Assembly (NCBI GenBank): GCA_015680685.1
Contig: MNCI01001323.1
Span: 6,644 to 70,643, forward strand
Length of the DNA stretch: 64,000 nucleotides
Source: Gnetum montanum
Taxonomy: Eukaryota; Plantae; Gnetophyta
Direction: 5' to 3'
Part shown: piece after piece, positions 63,760-64,000 of the stretch
How the letters are laid out: each line of letters opens with the position of its first letter
Numbering within the stretch: the stretch's first letter is position 1
Translations under genes and position numbers: made by a program
Notes under the pieces: generated by a model
What the model was told of the DNA's origin: nothing
The model's input: only the letters and a program-made list of their open reading frames with translations
Databases searched by the model: none

Positions 63760-64000
63760 CAAAGAACTGGGCCAAAATCACATTCATAATTTCTTAGGGA
63801 ACTTTTCATCCAAAAATATGCCTTTGGGCTTATGTAATGTCCCTACAACTTTCTAATGTCTTATCCTCAATATCTTTCAAAAAAATTGGTAATGATGTAA
63901 AATTCTTCAAGGATGGCTTCTCCACCTATGATTCAAATTTTGAGCAGGTCTTAGAATATCTTAATAAAGTCTCAGAGTTCTCCATAGAGATAAAATTTAA

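Larger units (their letters stand above)
53760..64000 (+). mobile_element. Old non-chromovirus (Athila-like) gypsy remnant H, interrupted by element G and a solo LTR
   Basis: Coding-like sequence continues across the G insertion (..KIEQALEK / KEKVKRKNK..). RT at ~62030-62559 and 63760-64000: ICQHRI, HRLNSKLK, FIYPVQHSEW, FIDQVLD, FLDNYSCYNHI, MPLGLCNVPTTF. Confidence 0.65.

Overview
This window is plant (probably vascular plant) heterochromatin made almost entirely of old, nested LTR retrotransposons. No intact host gene, tRNA, rRNA or CRISPR array is visible. Nearly all coding remnants are broken by C->T/G->A decay (CAA/CAG/CGA->stop), consistent with long-term CG/CHG methylation. It holds several members of one Tat/Ogre-like Ty3/gypsy family (LTRs starting TGAAACACCA, tRNA-Asn PBS), a SIRE-like copia 3' half plus a solo LTR, a Tekay remnant, a full-length CRM-like element inside another gypsy element, and a younger LTR-like insert carrying a processed DnaJ fragment. 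The main candidate novel system is a ~22-kb Tat element (26688-48901, minus). Its protease-RT junction holds a ~11-kb predicted intron containing an antisense 8-exon accessory gene and a ~181-bp tandem array. Most array units carry an operator-like palindrome, TTCCACGCTGG-N11-CCAGCGTGGAA, whose half-site is also arrayed in the LTRs. Separately, the SIRE-like element carries a spliced accessory gene with an FCP1/NIF phosphatase-like domain. All translations and alignments were done by eye, so boundaries are approximate unless terminal motifs are quoted.
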